DNA of 63,461 nt, filler included, from Octopus bimaculoides (GCF_001194135.2; 8 parts of 7 records of this genome joined end to end with filler, not necessarily neighbours in it), one strand, 5' to 3'; counted from the first letter of the whole stretch, positions 12,798-25,382 are shown. Notes: generated by a model from the sequence alone, not told the origin. Made by a program: numbers and translations.

Positions 12798-15040
12798 TTA
12801 AACGTAAATAATTTTTTCCAATTTCTTGGGCCAATGCACCGTCCTGCCAAACCTAGTGACATAAGGTTCGCTAAGATTCCTTTGCAACGACGAAGGCGGT
12901 GTAATTGTTGGTGTGTGTGATTGTGATGGTGCTGATGTTGGTGTATGCATTGGTAAAGGCGTTGACAATGTGTGTGGCATTTGAAACACGGGCACGTCAT
13001 CCACGGGAGTTGAAGGTTTGTCAAGGTACGCTTTTTTCAGACGGTCGACAGACACAATTTCTGTATGACCATTAGCGTCGACCTTGAAAAACTTTGGAGT
13101 GCGAGAAAGCACACGATAGGGTCCTTTGTAGGGGTCCTTTGTAGGGGTCCTTTGACAGAATCATCCCTAATAAACACATGAGACCAAGACTCAATGTCTG
13201 CTGGCACTCTAAAGGGAGGTGACTGTTGTCTGGGGCCCATAGATGGAAGATTGGAGAAATACTCTCGCAACCGAGTAACATAGGACTCTGGGTGTGGTGG
13301 TTGTGATGAGTCTGGTACCACCATNNNNNNNNNNNNNNNNNNNNNNNNNNNNNNNNNNNNNNNNNNNNNNNNNNNNNNNNNNNNNNNNNNNNNNNNNNNN
13401 NNNNNNNNNNNNNNNNNNNNNNNNNNNNNNNNNNNNNNNNNNNNNNNNNNNNNNNNNNGAACGTGCCTATGGACCTTCGCACTCTGGCACTTCATGCAAG
13501 AGCGTGCCCAAGTGGCAATTGATCGCCGCATATTGGGCCAGAAAAACCGAGCAGTGATAAGCTTTACTGTTGCTGAGATGCCCGGATGTGACAAAGAATG
13601 AAGGGCATCAAACACAGAACGTTGATGGTTCGTAGGTACTAAAGGCCTAGGAGAACCTGTGGATGTGTCACATAATATAGAGCCCTCGGATGAAGGGAGC
13701 GGAAGATAAGCAAATTTACAGTTGCTGAATTTTGACGAAGTCAAATCTAAACTTGACAAAGAAGGTTGCTCCTGCAAAATTGCCAGCAAATCAATTTCCG
13801 TTGGAGTGGAAATAGAATGCACAGGGAGTCGCGAAAGAGCATCAGCTGGGATGTTCTCTTTCCCTGGCACATGACGAATGTCACCTGTAAATTGTGAGAT
13901 AAAATCCAGGTGACGAAAAGCACGAGGAGAGAGCTTGTCCGTTTTAGAGGACAGAGCAAATGTGATGGGCTTGTGATCAGTATAAATCACAAACTCTCGT
14001 CCCTCGAGCTGGTGTTGAAAATGCCGAATCGACAGATAGATCGCCAATAGCTCACGATCAAAAGTACTATACCTGCGTTCGGCAGGCTGTAATTTACAAG
14101 AAAAGAAGGCCAAAGGTTTTGTTTGATTGTCTACAGTGTGCTGCAAAACAGCACCAACCGCAGAATCGGAAGCATCCACATATAAAGAAAGCAGAGCATC
14201 AGGAGCGGGATGTGCAAGAACAGGAACGGAGGATAACTCCTGTTTCACAGACTCAAAAGCAGATAACGCCTCATCAGTAAGAGTGAGTCCAGCATCCTTC
14301 TTAGAATTGCCTTGCAGTAGCCTCGTCAAAGGAAGTAGTTTGTATGCACACCGGTCAATGAATCTCCTGTAAAAATTGACCATGCCTAAAAAATGGCGCA
14401 ACTGTCACAGAGAGGTTGGAGGTGCGATGCGTTGAATTGCATCGACTTTAGCAGGAAGAGGTTTGATCCCATTAGAATCAACCAAGTGTCCCAGAAAATT
14501 CAGGGATGACTGCCCAAAAAGACACTTGTCGGGATTAATCTTCACATTATAAGTGCGAAGACGCTGAAAAAGTTGCGACAAATGGTGGAGATGATTCTCT
14601 TCCGTATCACTAGCGATGAGTATATCATCGACATAAGCGAATACAAAAATCAAGTCCATGAACGACCTTATCCATAAACCTCTGAAAAGTGCTAGTAGCA
14701 TTACGCAAACCAAAACTCATAAATAGAAATTCAAAACAACCGAAAGGTGTAGTGATGGCTGTTTTAGGGATATCCTCTGGATTTACTGGTATCTGATGAT
14801 AGGCCCGTACCAGATCAATCTTAGAGAAAATGGTGCATCCATGCAGGTTCGCGGAGAAATCCTGCAAATTCCTGATGGGATAGCGATCAGCTATCGTCAC
14901 AGCATTTAGTCTCCGATAGTCCCCCACCGGGCGAAAATCCGAATCCCCTTTACGGGCCAAATGTAGAGGAGTAGCCCATGGGCTGGTGGAGGGGCGAATG
15001 AGGCCGAGTTGAAGCATGTGCTCAAACTCGGCCTTGGCCG
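12798..15040 (-). mobile_element. Ty3/Gypsy LTR retrotransposon pol (RT, RNase H, integrase zinc finger and C-terminus), disrupted
   Basis: [87 protein letters not shown]...CMKC; frameshifts, a stop, and a short tandem duplication at ~13119-13152. Confidence 0.97.
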
Positions 15041-15140
15041 NNNNNNNNNNNNNNNNNNNNNNNNNNNNNNNNNNNNNNNNNNNNTTAATTAATTAANNNN
15101 NNNNNNNNNNNNNNNNNNNNNNNNNNNNNNNNNNNNNNNN
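15041..15140. other. Artificial scaffold linker 44N-TTAATTAATTAA-44N (also 17948-18047, 37009-37108, 38989-39088, 46033-46132, 49802-49901, 62064-62163)
   Basis: Seven identical 100-bp spacers; the 12-mer is a palindrome placing TAA in all six frames. Confidence 0.97.
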
Positions 15141-15185
15141 TATATATATATTTGAAGAAAAGCAACAAAAATGTATTAGGTTGTA

Positions 15186-15273
15186 GCAGTACGTACGTTT
15201 CGTACAAGCTTCATTTATTTATGTAGTGAGAACACCACATAAGATGTGCAATGAAATTGTACTCCTCAGCTGC
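15186..15273 (-). ncRNA. Intact type I hammerhead ribozyme, antisense and upstream of a PLE ORF
   Basis: Minus strand: GCAG-CTGAGGA-GTACAA...TTGTAC-GAAA-CGTACG-TA|CTGC; 4-bp stem I, 6-bp stem II base extended by TTCATT/AATGAA, palindromic stem III ACGTACGT, GUA cleavage triplet. Confidence 0.85.
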
Positions 15274-15339
15274 ATAATGGAAGTTCATTTCAGAATGCCG
15301 TTTTGTGAATGTATGTAAATACATGAGTAGGAAATTTAT

Positions 15340-17650
15340 ATAGAATTGACTACACCACCTACAAAAAACTAATAATGAAAGGACTCAACGGCAAATATAA
15401 GATAACTTCAAGAAAAGCATTATCGGATATCAATTTGAAAATCAAAAAAATTATGATGGAATATGATCTAACTGATAGAACTGAACCACTTACACCTTGT
15501 GAACCTAAAATTAATTTAAAGGACCATAAGAAAAACTTTCAAGAAAACCCTACTGTTAGACTCATTTGCCCAACTAAGTCTGATATTGGAAGACTAAGTA
15601 AGCTTATTCGTGATAACATTATACCTTTTATTATTCCTAACCTTGCTCTAAAATTATGGATTAATACAGATGAAGCACTTAATTGGTTTAGGTCTGTTGA
15701 CAATAATGATAATTTTTCCTTCATCTAATTTGATATTAATAATTACTATTCCAGTATTTCCCCTATACTCCTTAACAAAGCTCTCATCTTTGCCAAAAAT
15801 AGATCCCTAATTACTAGAGAAAAAAACAGATATAATTCTTTTAGCTAGAAGAACCATCATCGAATTCGAAGATAGACTCTGGACCAGATCAGACACCCCA
15901 GATAACTTTGATATCCCAATGGGATTGAGTGATTCAGCTGAAATCACAGATCTGGTTGGAGCATATCTTTTACATTGCCTAAATAGGGAAATTCCTGAAC
16001 TTCAAGGGGGTCTTTACAGAGGGAAATTCTTGAACTTCAAGGGGGTCTTTACAGGGATGATACGTTATTTATCATCCCTTCCAACGATAAATCAGCCATA
16101 GAGAGAATGAGAAAAAATATTAGAAAATTCTTTAAAAGCTTTAACCTTAGCATTACTTTCGAATACGGTACTAAGATTGCTAACTTTTTCGACACCACTC
16201 TTAATATTACCTCTAAATTACACTATCCCTATAGAAAGGAAAATGAAGTCACTAAGTATGTTAGTAGATCATCTAATCACCCCCCAAATGTTTTAAAATC
16301 CATTGTAAAAAACATTTCCGAAAGAATAACTAAGCTGTTCTCAAAATATGACTTCTTTAATTCCAATTCACATTACTACAATGAAGCTTTATCTAGAGCA
16401 GGTTATGACCAAGATATCTCTTTCCTCAATCCTAGTAAATCCATTAAATGTGATAATAGCAACAATGAAAATGATACCAATAATAATAATCTAATTATCT
16501 TAAATAATGGTAAGAAAAAACCTAATAATAGTCTATCCTGCTTAAGCAATAAGAATAAAAATGAAATATAACCTGATAAGTGTCTACATAATCATATTAG
16601 CACTAATAGAAAACCTAGGTTAAGAAACTATAACAATGGCCATATGAGCAGGAAAATTATTTTACATAACGAGATAGATCCCAATAAGAAAACTACAAAT
16701 AGTAGTAGAAGCAATAATATAACCATAAATTCCAATTATATCACAAATTTAAAAGAAAAATTTCTATATGGCTCAACATCCCTTACAACTATGCAGTATC
16801 CACAAACATTTATAAGAAGTTTATTGATATCTTACAAAAAAATTTCAACCCTAACCATAGATATTATAAAATATTTTCTCAGCACACAATCCTTATCTCA
16901 TACTCTACTCTCCTCAATATAGGATCTATCATCAATAAGTTGAATAAAAAGAACATAGAATTAGCTAGGACCCTTGAAAATAAGAATTGTCTTATTATTG
17001 ATGGCAATATAAATAACTATCAGGCAATTGATAATACCAATGCTACCAACAATCATGTACATGATAATACCAATAACACAGTGAATACTAGCAAAGAAAT
17101 TCACAATGAAAATCCCAATAATAATTCAATAAATAACAACAATAATTCTAATGACCATTTAAATGGTAGTGATGATAATACTCAAAACAGTTATTATGAA
17201 ACTGATTATAACACATCTAACCCCTTAAACATTAATCTTAACCTAATGAACATAATAATACTTCAACTGTTAACATAGCTGATGAGATAAATTTTCCTAG
17301 CTCAAACAATATCAATTGTATATCCAGTAATACAACCAACAATATTGATATAATCAATTTTGATAATTGTATTAACAATCAGCATAATAATATATATATA
17401 GCTAATAATCCCCTTAATTGCAATTGTAGAATTAAGGCCCATTGCCCGGTATCTGGCTGTTGTTTAGCCCGTAACGTGGTCTATAAACGTACAGTAACTA
17501 CTACAACTAATAATTACATTTATGTTGGTTGCACAATCAATCTTAAACAGTGATTATACAATCACTTATCATCGTTTAGACTTAAACATAAGGCCAATAG
17601 TACATCATTATCTAGTAAAATTTGGGAATTGAAGGATAATGGTATTGATT
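15340..17650 (+). mobile_element. Near-complete Penelope-like retroelement (RT + Cys-rich GIY-YIG endonuclease), inactivated
   Basis: FDINNYYSSIS, MGLSDSAEITDLVGAYLL, LYRDD (16050s), NFFDTTLN, YPYRKEN; CNCRIKAHCPVSGCCLARNVVYKRTV...YIYVGCT...SSKIWELKD at ~17418-17640; Asn-rich linker between; 35-bp duplication at the YRDD motif. Confidence 0.88.
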
Positions 17651-17947
17651 TTAACCCTTTCGTTACCATATTTCTAACCAAATTACACCCCTTATGTGTT
17701 TCAATTAATTTCTAACATAATCATAAATTTAGGCTAGTTTCATTAAACAACTCTAACTTTTTTATTTATCAACATATTAATGTGATTTTTGGAAGATAAA
17801 TTAACGAAAGGTTCTCAACCAATTCTATACCAAAATTTTTGTCACAAAGTGACTTTAATTACAGGTAAATACAGGTAAATTCAACAAAATATAAAATTAT
17901 TAAAATTTTTGTTCAAACATCGCTACAGAAAATGGGTTATTAGCTAA
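17651..17947 (+). mobile_element. Possible piggyBac-like non-autonomous element end
   Basis: Starts TTAA-CCCTTTCGTTACC exactly where the PLE reading ends; other end lost in the gap. Confidence 0.4.
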
Positions 17948-18084
17948 NNNNNNNNNNNNNNNNNNNNNNNNNNNNNNNNNNNNNNNNNNNNTTAATTAAT
18001 TAANNNNNNNNNNNNNNNNNNNNNNNNNNNNNNNNNNNNNNNNNNNNTTCTTGACACATAAATGTTACTTTATATATATATAAT

Positions 18085-18275
18085 ATATATATTATATTAT
18101 ATTATATTATATCATATTATATTATATTATATTATATTATATATTATATTATATTATATTATATTATATTATATTATACTATATTATATTACACTGTATT
18201 ATATTATACTATATTATATTATATTATATTATGTTATATTATATTATATTATATTATATTATATTATATTATATT
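18085..18275. repeat. (TATTA)n pentanucleotide microsatellite
   Basis: Read directly; source of the YIILY ORF. Confidence 0.95.
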
Positions 18276-18582
18276 AAAGGAAAAAGCAAAAGCAAGGCAG
18301 AATGAATATCTCAAAGCATTTAGAATAATTTAATTGGGGTAAGGTGAATTTGATGTCTTACAGCTGTTTCTGGGATAAGCGAAGTGGTAAGTTGGCATAT
18401 CCACGCACCGAGTATTCTCTGATGACGAGATACCCAGTGCGTGGACATGCTAACCTACCACTGGTGGTATCCCAGAAACGGCTGTAAGATCTCGAATTCC
18501 TCTTACCCAAATTAAATTATTCTAAATGATTTGAGATACTCGTTCTACTTTGTGTTTGCTTTTTGCTCTAATATAATATATA
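18270..18582. mobile_element. ~310-bp imperfect palindrome (foldback) centred on a hammerhead core
   Basis: Left arm ...ATCTCAAAGCATTTAGAATAATTTAATTGGGGTAAG...CTTACAGCTGTTTCTGGGATA...GCACCGAGTATTCTC is inverted in the right arm; central loop TGATGAC. Confidence 0.85.
18410..18493 (+). ncRNA. Type I hammerhead ribozyme with long stem II
   Basis: TCT-CTGATGA-CGAGATACC...GGTATCCCA-GAAA-CGGCTG-TA|AGA; stem I TCT/AGA plus GAG/CTC; two mismatches at the base of stem II. Confidence 0.65.
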
Positions 18583-18722
18583 CCTGCTATAACGGAACCT
18601 TAATACGGATCCCTGGATCCAGCCTCGGCTGTGAACTTGGAACCTAGCGTACGACCAACTGTAGCACCTTCTCAGTGTACATATTCGTTTAGATCACAAG
18701 TCAACTAAACCGCTCATTTCTC

Positions 18723-18764
<42 letters not shown>

Positions 18765-20029
18765 CACCAAAACAATTTCAATTTAAATTTTCTGGAATGT
18801 CTCAAGTAACATAAATTATTTCCAAAAGGTAACAGCTAGGAAAGATAAATTTTGTCTTGACATGTGTAATTAATCATCAGCTATACGTGTTTTTTTTGTT
18901 TTGTTTTGTTTTTTTTTTCTATTTCGGTGATCACCCTTACGACCTCCCTCCTGCAAATGCTCCCTTTAAGCGACCAATTGTGGAATCACACAATATTGCT
19001 TACATATCTTAATAATATATGTCATGTTCTAAAGAAAAACTATATCCACTGTCTGCTTGAAAATAAATACTTGATTTTTCTTACGACTTTTGAATTTTTT
19101 ACCTCAGTTTTCTACTGTATATTTTCCCAGTAGTTATATATTTTGTGTCGGTTAATAGCAGCATCTAACAAATCTTATTTAGCCAAGAAATGAGAATGTA
19201 TGTTGTGTAAGTATATCATTACTACTGTGTTTGTGAGTATTTACGGGAGCATATTCATGTTTACGCCTTTTAGCATGAGTTAACCATATGATTGTAGTTA
19301 GCTGTCAATCCAAAGGTGATTTAGTCTTTCTTCAGAGCAAGAGATCCTATTACTGATAATATATCCTAAAGTAAGTTATACAATTACGGTCAAAGGGCGC
19401 TAGAAAAATCAGTTCAACTATAAGAACACCGGAGTTGAATGAAAATTATACCATAACGAAAAGAAAGATGGATGGCGTTTTGAAAAATATATTTATGAGT
19501 TAACTCTTTTATATGCCGAGTTGCCTGCTAAGCTATGAAAATATTTATTTAGGTGCTGCCCATAAACGTTTTCTCGTTAGATAATAAATTTTTGTTTCAA
19601 ATTATGGCACAAGGCCAGCAAATTCGTCTTGGCGGTATTGAACTCAAAACATATAGACAGACGCAAAGCATTTTGCTCAGCGTGCAAACGATTCTGCCAG
19701 CTCGCCGCCTTTCTAGTTGACATAAATATTAAGTGAAGCAAGCAAATGAAAATATTTAGCCATTTCGTTCAATATTTGGAAATAAGTAAAATCAAAGGGT
19801 GTGTTCAAAGCCTACAGAAACTGTTTGGAATTGTATTAAAATGTTTGATAAAGTTGAGAACTTTGAAAATACAACAGTTAAGTCAGTCATGCATAAATAT
19901 ATAATCCGATCTGTATTTTCGCTTGAACTGAAATAGGTTTTCGATTGTTACGCAAGTAGGTATTTTTGGTTTGTGGGACCATTTTTGCCAGAAAATCGAT
20001 TAAAGTATATATTGGTTTCACGTTTTGGC

Positions 20030-20225
20030 AAAAGGCCAGTAATTTCGGAGGAGAGGTGAGTCGATTATTTCAGTCCCCGTGCTTAACTGGTAATTATTCT
20101 ATCGACCCCGATAGGATGAAAAGCAAAGTCGACCTCTGCGAAATTTAAGCTCTGAACATAATGACGAACGAAATACCGCTAAGCATTATGCCCAGAGTGC
20201 TAACGTTTCTGACATCTCATCGCCC
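20030..20225 (-). mobile_element. tRNA-derived SINE, family B (degenerate)
   Basis: Carries ATCGACCCCGATAGGATGAAAAGCAAAGTCGACCTC, the reverse complement of the family B core. Confidence 0.75.
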
Positions 20226-20434
20226 TGATTAAAGTCTATACTAATTCAACACTACTACTGGGACAGCAAGCTTCAACGAACATTATATCTACTATATATC
20301 ACCACCGAGACCGACCTTGAAGACACATCTTTTTTTTTTTTACCATTTATCATACTCACGTTCTCTAATGAGAATGCACTGGGCAGATTTCCATAATGAC
20401 TTCTCAATATCTGTGAATTGCAGAGTTATTTCAT

Positions 20435-20612
20435 TAAGGCGACGAAATGCTTCGTCTGTTTTTACGTTCTGAGTTCAAATTCCTCCGAGGTCGACTTTTC
20501 CTTTCATTCTTTAGCGGTCGATAAATTAAGTACCAGTTGTGTACTGGGGTCGATCTAATCGACTGGCCCCCTCCCCAAAAATGTTGGGCCTTGTGCCTAG
20601 AGTAGAAAAGAA
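20435..20612 (+). mobile_element. tRNA-derived SINE, family B
   Basis: B-box GAGTTCAAATTCC followed by GAGGTCGACTTTTCCTTTCAT...GGTCGATAAATTAAGTACCAG. Confidence 0.8.
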
Positions 20613-20848
20613 TTACAGAGTTATTTCATTAGAAAATATTATGTTTATTAATATAAATGAGGCTAAAACTAGAACAGTTGTTACCTTATTCCAAAGATCT
20701 GTCAGATCATTATGAAATATTAAAACAAGCATGTATCTATACAGATATGAATATGAACTGACCTGCATGTGCATTATGTACGAACATAAATACGTGTGTA
20801 TGTTTTAACATATATACAAGCATGTGTGTGAGTTTGTGTGTGTGTATC

Positions 20849-20901
<53 letters not shown>

Positions 20902-21319
20902 GCGCGCGTGTGCTTGTGCACGTGGATGTGTGTGCGTGTGTATATGTATACGCACACGCATAAGTGTATCTGTAAATATACACATATGTAAAATAATATT
21001 CTTGGTAATTTGTGCAATCACCGCTTTAATTTAATGTAATTTAAATTGATTTAATTTAATTATAAATCACAAACTGGTAGTTATATATTTGAAGGTGTTT
21101 AACTTAAAGAAATATCACTTGAACAAAGTTAAAGTATAAATTATATATGAAATTATTAATTTTCCGCTTTAATGTTAAATATGTTGCACTTAAAGATCGT
21201 TTTAACCGATTATGTATATACATGAAAGTCGGTTTACTGCAATGTAATAACATGCCAGAGTCTAAATGAGCATTTAATTACCGTTGATTTATCCATTGAT
21301 GTTTATTCGTCAGTTCTTA

Positions 21320-21469
21320 GTCACCAACCTCATGGATCCGGGATCAGTCCCACTGCGTGGTACCTTTGGCAAACGTCTTCTTCCGTAGCCTCGGGCTGAC
21401 CAATACCATGTACGTGGATGTGGTCGATGGAAACTGAAAAATGACCGCCGTATATATATGTGTGCGCGC

Positions 21470-21505
<36 letters not shown>

Positions 21506-21690
21506 GTGCGTGTTTGTGTGCGTGTGCGTGTGTGTGTGTATGTCTGTATGTATGTATGTATGTGTATGTATGTGTGCGTGTTTGTGTGCGTGTGTGTGTG
21601 CGTGTGTGTGTGCGTGTGTGTATGGTTTTGTTTGTCCCTCACTGCTTCTTGACAACTGGTGTTTCTTTGCTTACATACCCGTAACTTAGC
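21320..21690 (+). mobile_element. tRNA-derived SINE, family A (degenerate, internal GT microsatellite)
   Basis: CAGTCCCACTGCGTGGTACCTTTGGCAAACGTCTTC...GGAAACTGAA-(GT-rich)-CTTGACAACTGGTG...CCCGTAACTTAGC. Confidence 0.75.
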
Positions 21691-21849
21691 ATAAATTTAA
21701 TAAAAATGAGATTAATATTACAAGCGTTGCAAGTATTTCCTATTCCTTCTACAAATGTTTTTTATGCAAAAAAACATGTATACATATTTCAAGTCCCAGG
21801 AAAGAGCAATTATAAATACCTGAAGCGAAGCTTTGCAGGCACCAAAGAT

Positions 21850-22560
21850 CCATCATGTATGTAGCTTCTGTTTTTAATCGTTCAAATTCTTCCTTTCATA
21901 CAAAGCTCCATCGTTGGAAGGTAGGTAACGAAAACATTGTCATATTTTAAACCTGAGAAAACACTTGCATAGTCTTACTATTCCACTTATAGATTATATT
22001 AGTAATGTGCGAATCAGTTTATTTCTTTTTAAATCAAAGCTTATCTAGACTAACACTTAGGCTGTCTATGTATGTATGTATGTATGTTTCTCTTCTGTGT
22101 TTAATAACTTAAATTCTTCCTTTGAAGAAGGAGCCGGTTTCTAACAAACAGACAATGCTCTATCATTGGAATGTAGATAACGAAAACAATGTCACATTTC
22201 AAACCTGAGAAAATTCTTGCATAGTTTTACTGTCTCACTTAGAGATTGTATTTCTTATTTCTTTATTGCCCACAAGGGGCTAAACATAGAGAGGACAAAC
22301 AAGGACAGACAAAGGGATTAAGTTGATTACATCGACCCCAGTGCGTAACTGGTACTTAATTTATCGACCCCGAAAGGATGAAAGGCAAAGTCGACCTCGG
22401 CGGAATTTGAGCTCAGAACGTAACGGCAGACGAAATACCGCTAAGCATTTCGCCTGGCGTGCTAACGTTTCTGCCAGCTGACCGAGATTGTATTTCTAAT
22501 GTGCGAGACAGTGGGATGGTTTCTTTTTGTGAAAATCCAAGTTTATCCAAACAGACAATT
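21850..22560 (-). mobile_element. Two tandem 3' UTR copies of the R4/Dong-like LINE, each ending in (CATA)n
   Basis: ~21855-22060 and ~22070-22255 plus 22484-22560 align with 24400-24640 (AAATTCT(T)CC, AAC(C/T)TGAG(A/G)AAA, CACT(T/C)A(T/G/C)AGATT). Confidence 0.6.
22256..22483 (-). mobile_element. tRNA-derived SINE, family B, with 14-bp target-site duplication
   Basis: Flanked by GAGATTGTATTTCT at 22242-22255 and 22484-22497; minus strand has A-box-like TGGCAGAAACGTTAG, B-box-like GAGCTCAAATTCC and 3' AATAAAGAAATA. Confidence 0.9.
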
Positions 22561-22998
22561 AATACATAAATATGTATGTATGTATGTATGTATGTATGTG
22601 CCCTTTCCTCAGCTGTTATCTGCAGTTTGTTTCTTCCGAGTGATTGGATTTCATATCACCACCCCAGCATGTGCTTTTTTCCTGGTTGTTGGCTTATTTG
22701 GAGTACGAGGGAGTTCGACATTGCTGTAATCGTCTGTACTTCTTTCCGAGACGACGGTTTGTCTGGTATCGAGCATAGGAGACTGGCCAATTGCTTTTCA
22801 TTTTGTTTATTTTATTTTATATATTTGGTAGAGAATTGAAGACTTGGGGACCTTAAACTCTAAGCTTTTGCAGTACCCGGTCCTCACTTTAACTGAAGTG
22901 GACTGTAATTTTGAGACTGCGCAGTGACATCAAGTACCGGCATTTGTATAACTCTTGGAGCCGAAGTGGGAATTAACTTCAAAAGAGTATGTGTGTGT

Positions 22999-23050
<52 letters not shown>

Positions 23051-23204
23051 NNNNNNNNNNNNNNNNNNNNNNNNNNNNNNNNNNNNNNNNNNNNNNNNNN
23101 NNNNNNNNNNNNNNNNNNNNNNNNNNNNNNNNNNNNNNNNNNNNNNNNNNNNNNNNNNNNNNNNNNNNNNNNNNNNNNNNNNNNNNNNNNNNNNNNNNNN
23201 NNNN

Positions 23205-23242
<38 letters not shown>

Positions 23243-23975
23243 AAGTGTAAAACAAAACAGAATATAAAATATTGTTAAAAGGATATGTAGTTAAGCCATC
23301 TTTCATACTTATCTTAAACGTATTAGATACATAGTGCAAATTACATATATGTATATATTATGAAATTCCTGCACGCCTTGGTGTTCGAACCTGGGAACCA
23401 TGATACCCAAATCTGAAATCATTCCTACTCAATAAATTTACATCCGTTGACATGTCCCACTACTTTTATACTCCCTTGCTTTTCTCTCCTAGTCCCCAAC
23501 CTTTCTATCCTTTCTTTGTTCTTTCTTTCGTTCTTTATTCCCGCCCTCCCTCCTTGCACATTAAGATAGATGAGTGAGTAAATTTATGAATACCCTTGAA
23601 TATATAAATATCTATCTATCTGCGCGTGTGTAAGCATGTACTCATATGCGTTTGGGTACATATTTGCGTGTGTGAATATGTGTGTGTGTATAATAACCTT
23701 TAAAAGCTATAAATCTCCAAAGAACTGTCCAACCTCATTAGAAATTTCTCATCTTCCACGATCTTATCTTCAGCTATTTCGATATTCTTCAGTATTCCTT
23801 AAGATAACAAGAGCCTACTAGAGGCATTACCAAGATAGGAAAATAATTATACTAGTTATTCTTGGCAGCCCACACCGGAAACATTACCTTTGGGGTTAGA
23901 TGGCAACTATATTTGATCCTCAAAGAACATCTATGTTATACTTCGTGTGTATTAGATTAGGTGTGCTTATGTGTA

Positions 23976-24035
<60 letters not shown>

Positions 24036-24055
24036 NNNNNNNNNNNNNATACATG

Positions 24056-24091
<36 letters not shown>

Positions 24092-24394
24092 AGTGTGTCT
24101 ATATATGTGTATATGTATATACTTACATATCTATATATATATATATATATATATACCCAATGAGATGTTCACATAAAAATGAAAATAGATCTATAATATT
24201 CATATTTGGCTGTTAGTGAAGGAAGTTCACCGTCAATCGTGTCAAAAAAGAATTAAAGTTCGTTCTCTCTGCGCAGCAGCTTAAGCAACGATCTTGGATG
24301 TTATTGCACTTTCAGGTACTATTGACGCCTTCTGATTTATACACTCATATATAATGAGTTTGTACATACATACATACTTACGTATGTATGTATG

Positions 24395-24890
24395 TAATTA
24401 TGTATGTATGTATGTGTCTCTTCTATTTTTTAATTGTTACAAATTCTCCACAGAGGAGGGAGCTGGGTTCCAACAAAGATACAGGGCTCCATCTTTGGGA
24501 TGTAGTTGACACAGACAAATTCACATTTGGAACTTGAGGAAAGGTTTGTATATTTTTAATCTTCCACTCACAGATTGGACTTGTACGAATTAGCCGGTCG
24601 ATTTATCTTTCTGAAAATCCCAGTTCATCCAGATTCTCCTTTAGGCATTTACGAACAAAATCTAGTGCTCCAATTATTAATGGCATGATATAGAAGCTGG
24701 AGGTTTCGAAGCAGTTGTCCATAGATATCTTCTTTTTCTTTGATTTTCAAAGATATGCATTATATCTGCAGGGCAGCTGACCTCTATGATGGTACATACC
24801 TTTGCCCCTCTGTCCCAAATAACAATATCCGGCGTGCTATGTTTACATTTGACAGATGTTTTGATGGGAATATTCTACCAGTATTCCTAT
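24395..24890 (-). mobile_element. 3' end of an RLE-type non-LTR retrotransposon (R4/Dong-like) with (CATA)n tail
   Basis: Minus strand: KCKHSTPDIVIWDRGAKVCTIIEVSCPAD...KEKEDIYGQLLRNLQ...PLIIGAL = PD-(D/E) restriction-like endonuclease. Confidence 0.8.
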
Positions 24891-24945
24891 GACTGTGTGG
24901 AGGCGCAGGTGTTGCTGTGTTAAGGTGCAAGCATGGCTGATTAGA

Positions 24946-25350
24946 GGCGCGGGTGTGGCTATGTGGAAAGAAGCTTGCTTCTCAATCACAAGGAATCGGG
25001 TTCAGTATCACTGCGTGGCACCTTGGGCAAGTGTCTTCTACTATAGCCTCGGGCCAGCCAAAGCCAAAACCTTATGAGTGGATTTGTTAGACGGAAACTG
25101 GAAATAAACCCGTAATATATGTGTGTATGTATGTATCTTTGTTTGTGTGAGTGTCTTTGGGGCTGTATCTGTATCTGCCCACCCCCATTACCACTAGACA
25201 ACCGGTGTTGTTATGTTTATGTATCCGTAACTTAACGCTTCAGCAAAAGTGACAGATAGAATAAGTACTAGGCTTTAAAAAATAAGTCCTTGGGTCGACT
25301 TGTTCGACAAAAATCCTTCAAGACGATGCTCCAGTATGGCCGCAGTCAGT
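24946..25350 (+). mobile_element. tRNA-derived SINE, family A (full length)
   Basis: GGCGCGGGTGTGGCTATGTGGAAAGAAGCTTG...GGGTTCAGTATCACTGCGTGGCACCTTGGGCAAG...GCTCCAGTATGGCCGCAGTC; homologous to 37128-37632 and 58345-58690. Confidence 0.85.
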
Positions 25351-25382
25351 GGATATGTATATATAATATGTGTACATGTACG

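Noticed and set aside
15085-15096. Repeated palindrome TTAATTAATTAA as a biological motif or CRISPR-like repeat
   Set aside because: Always centred in exactly 44N+44N; an artificial linker. No CRISPR array or cas gene is present.
23761-23795. Hammerhead on the minus strand (CTGAAGA-ATATC-GAAA-TAGCTG)
   Set aside because: Stem II is only 5 nt and stem I does not pair; at best a decayed relic.
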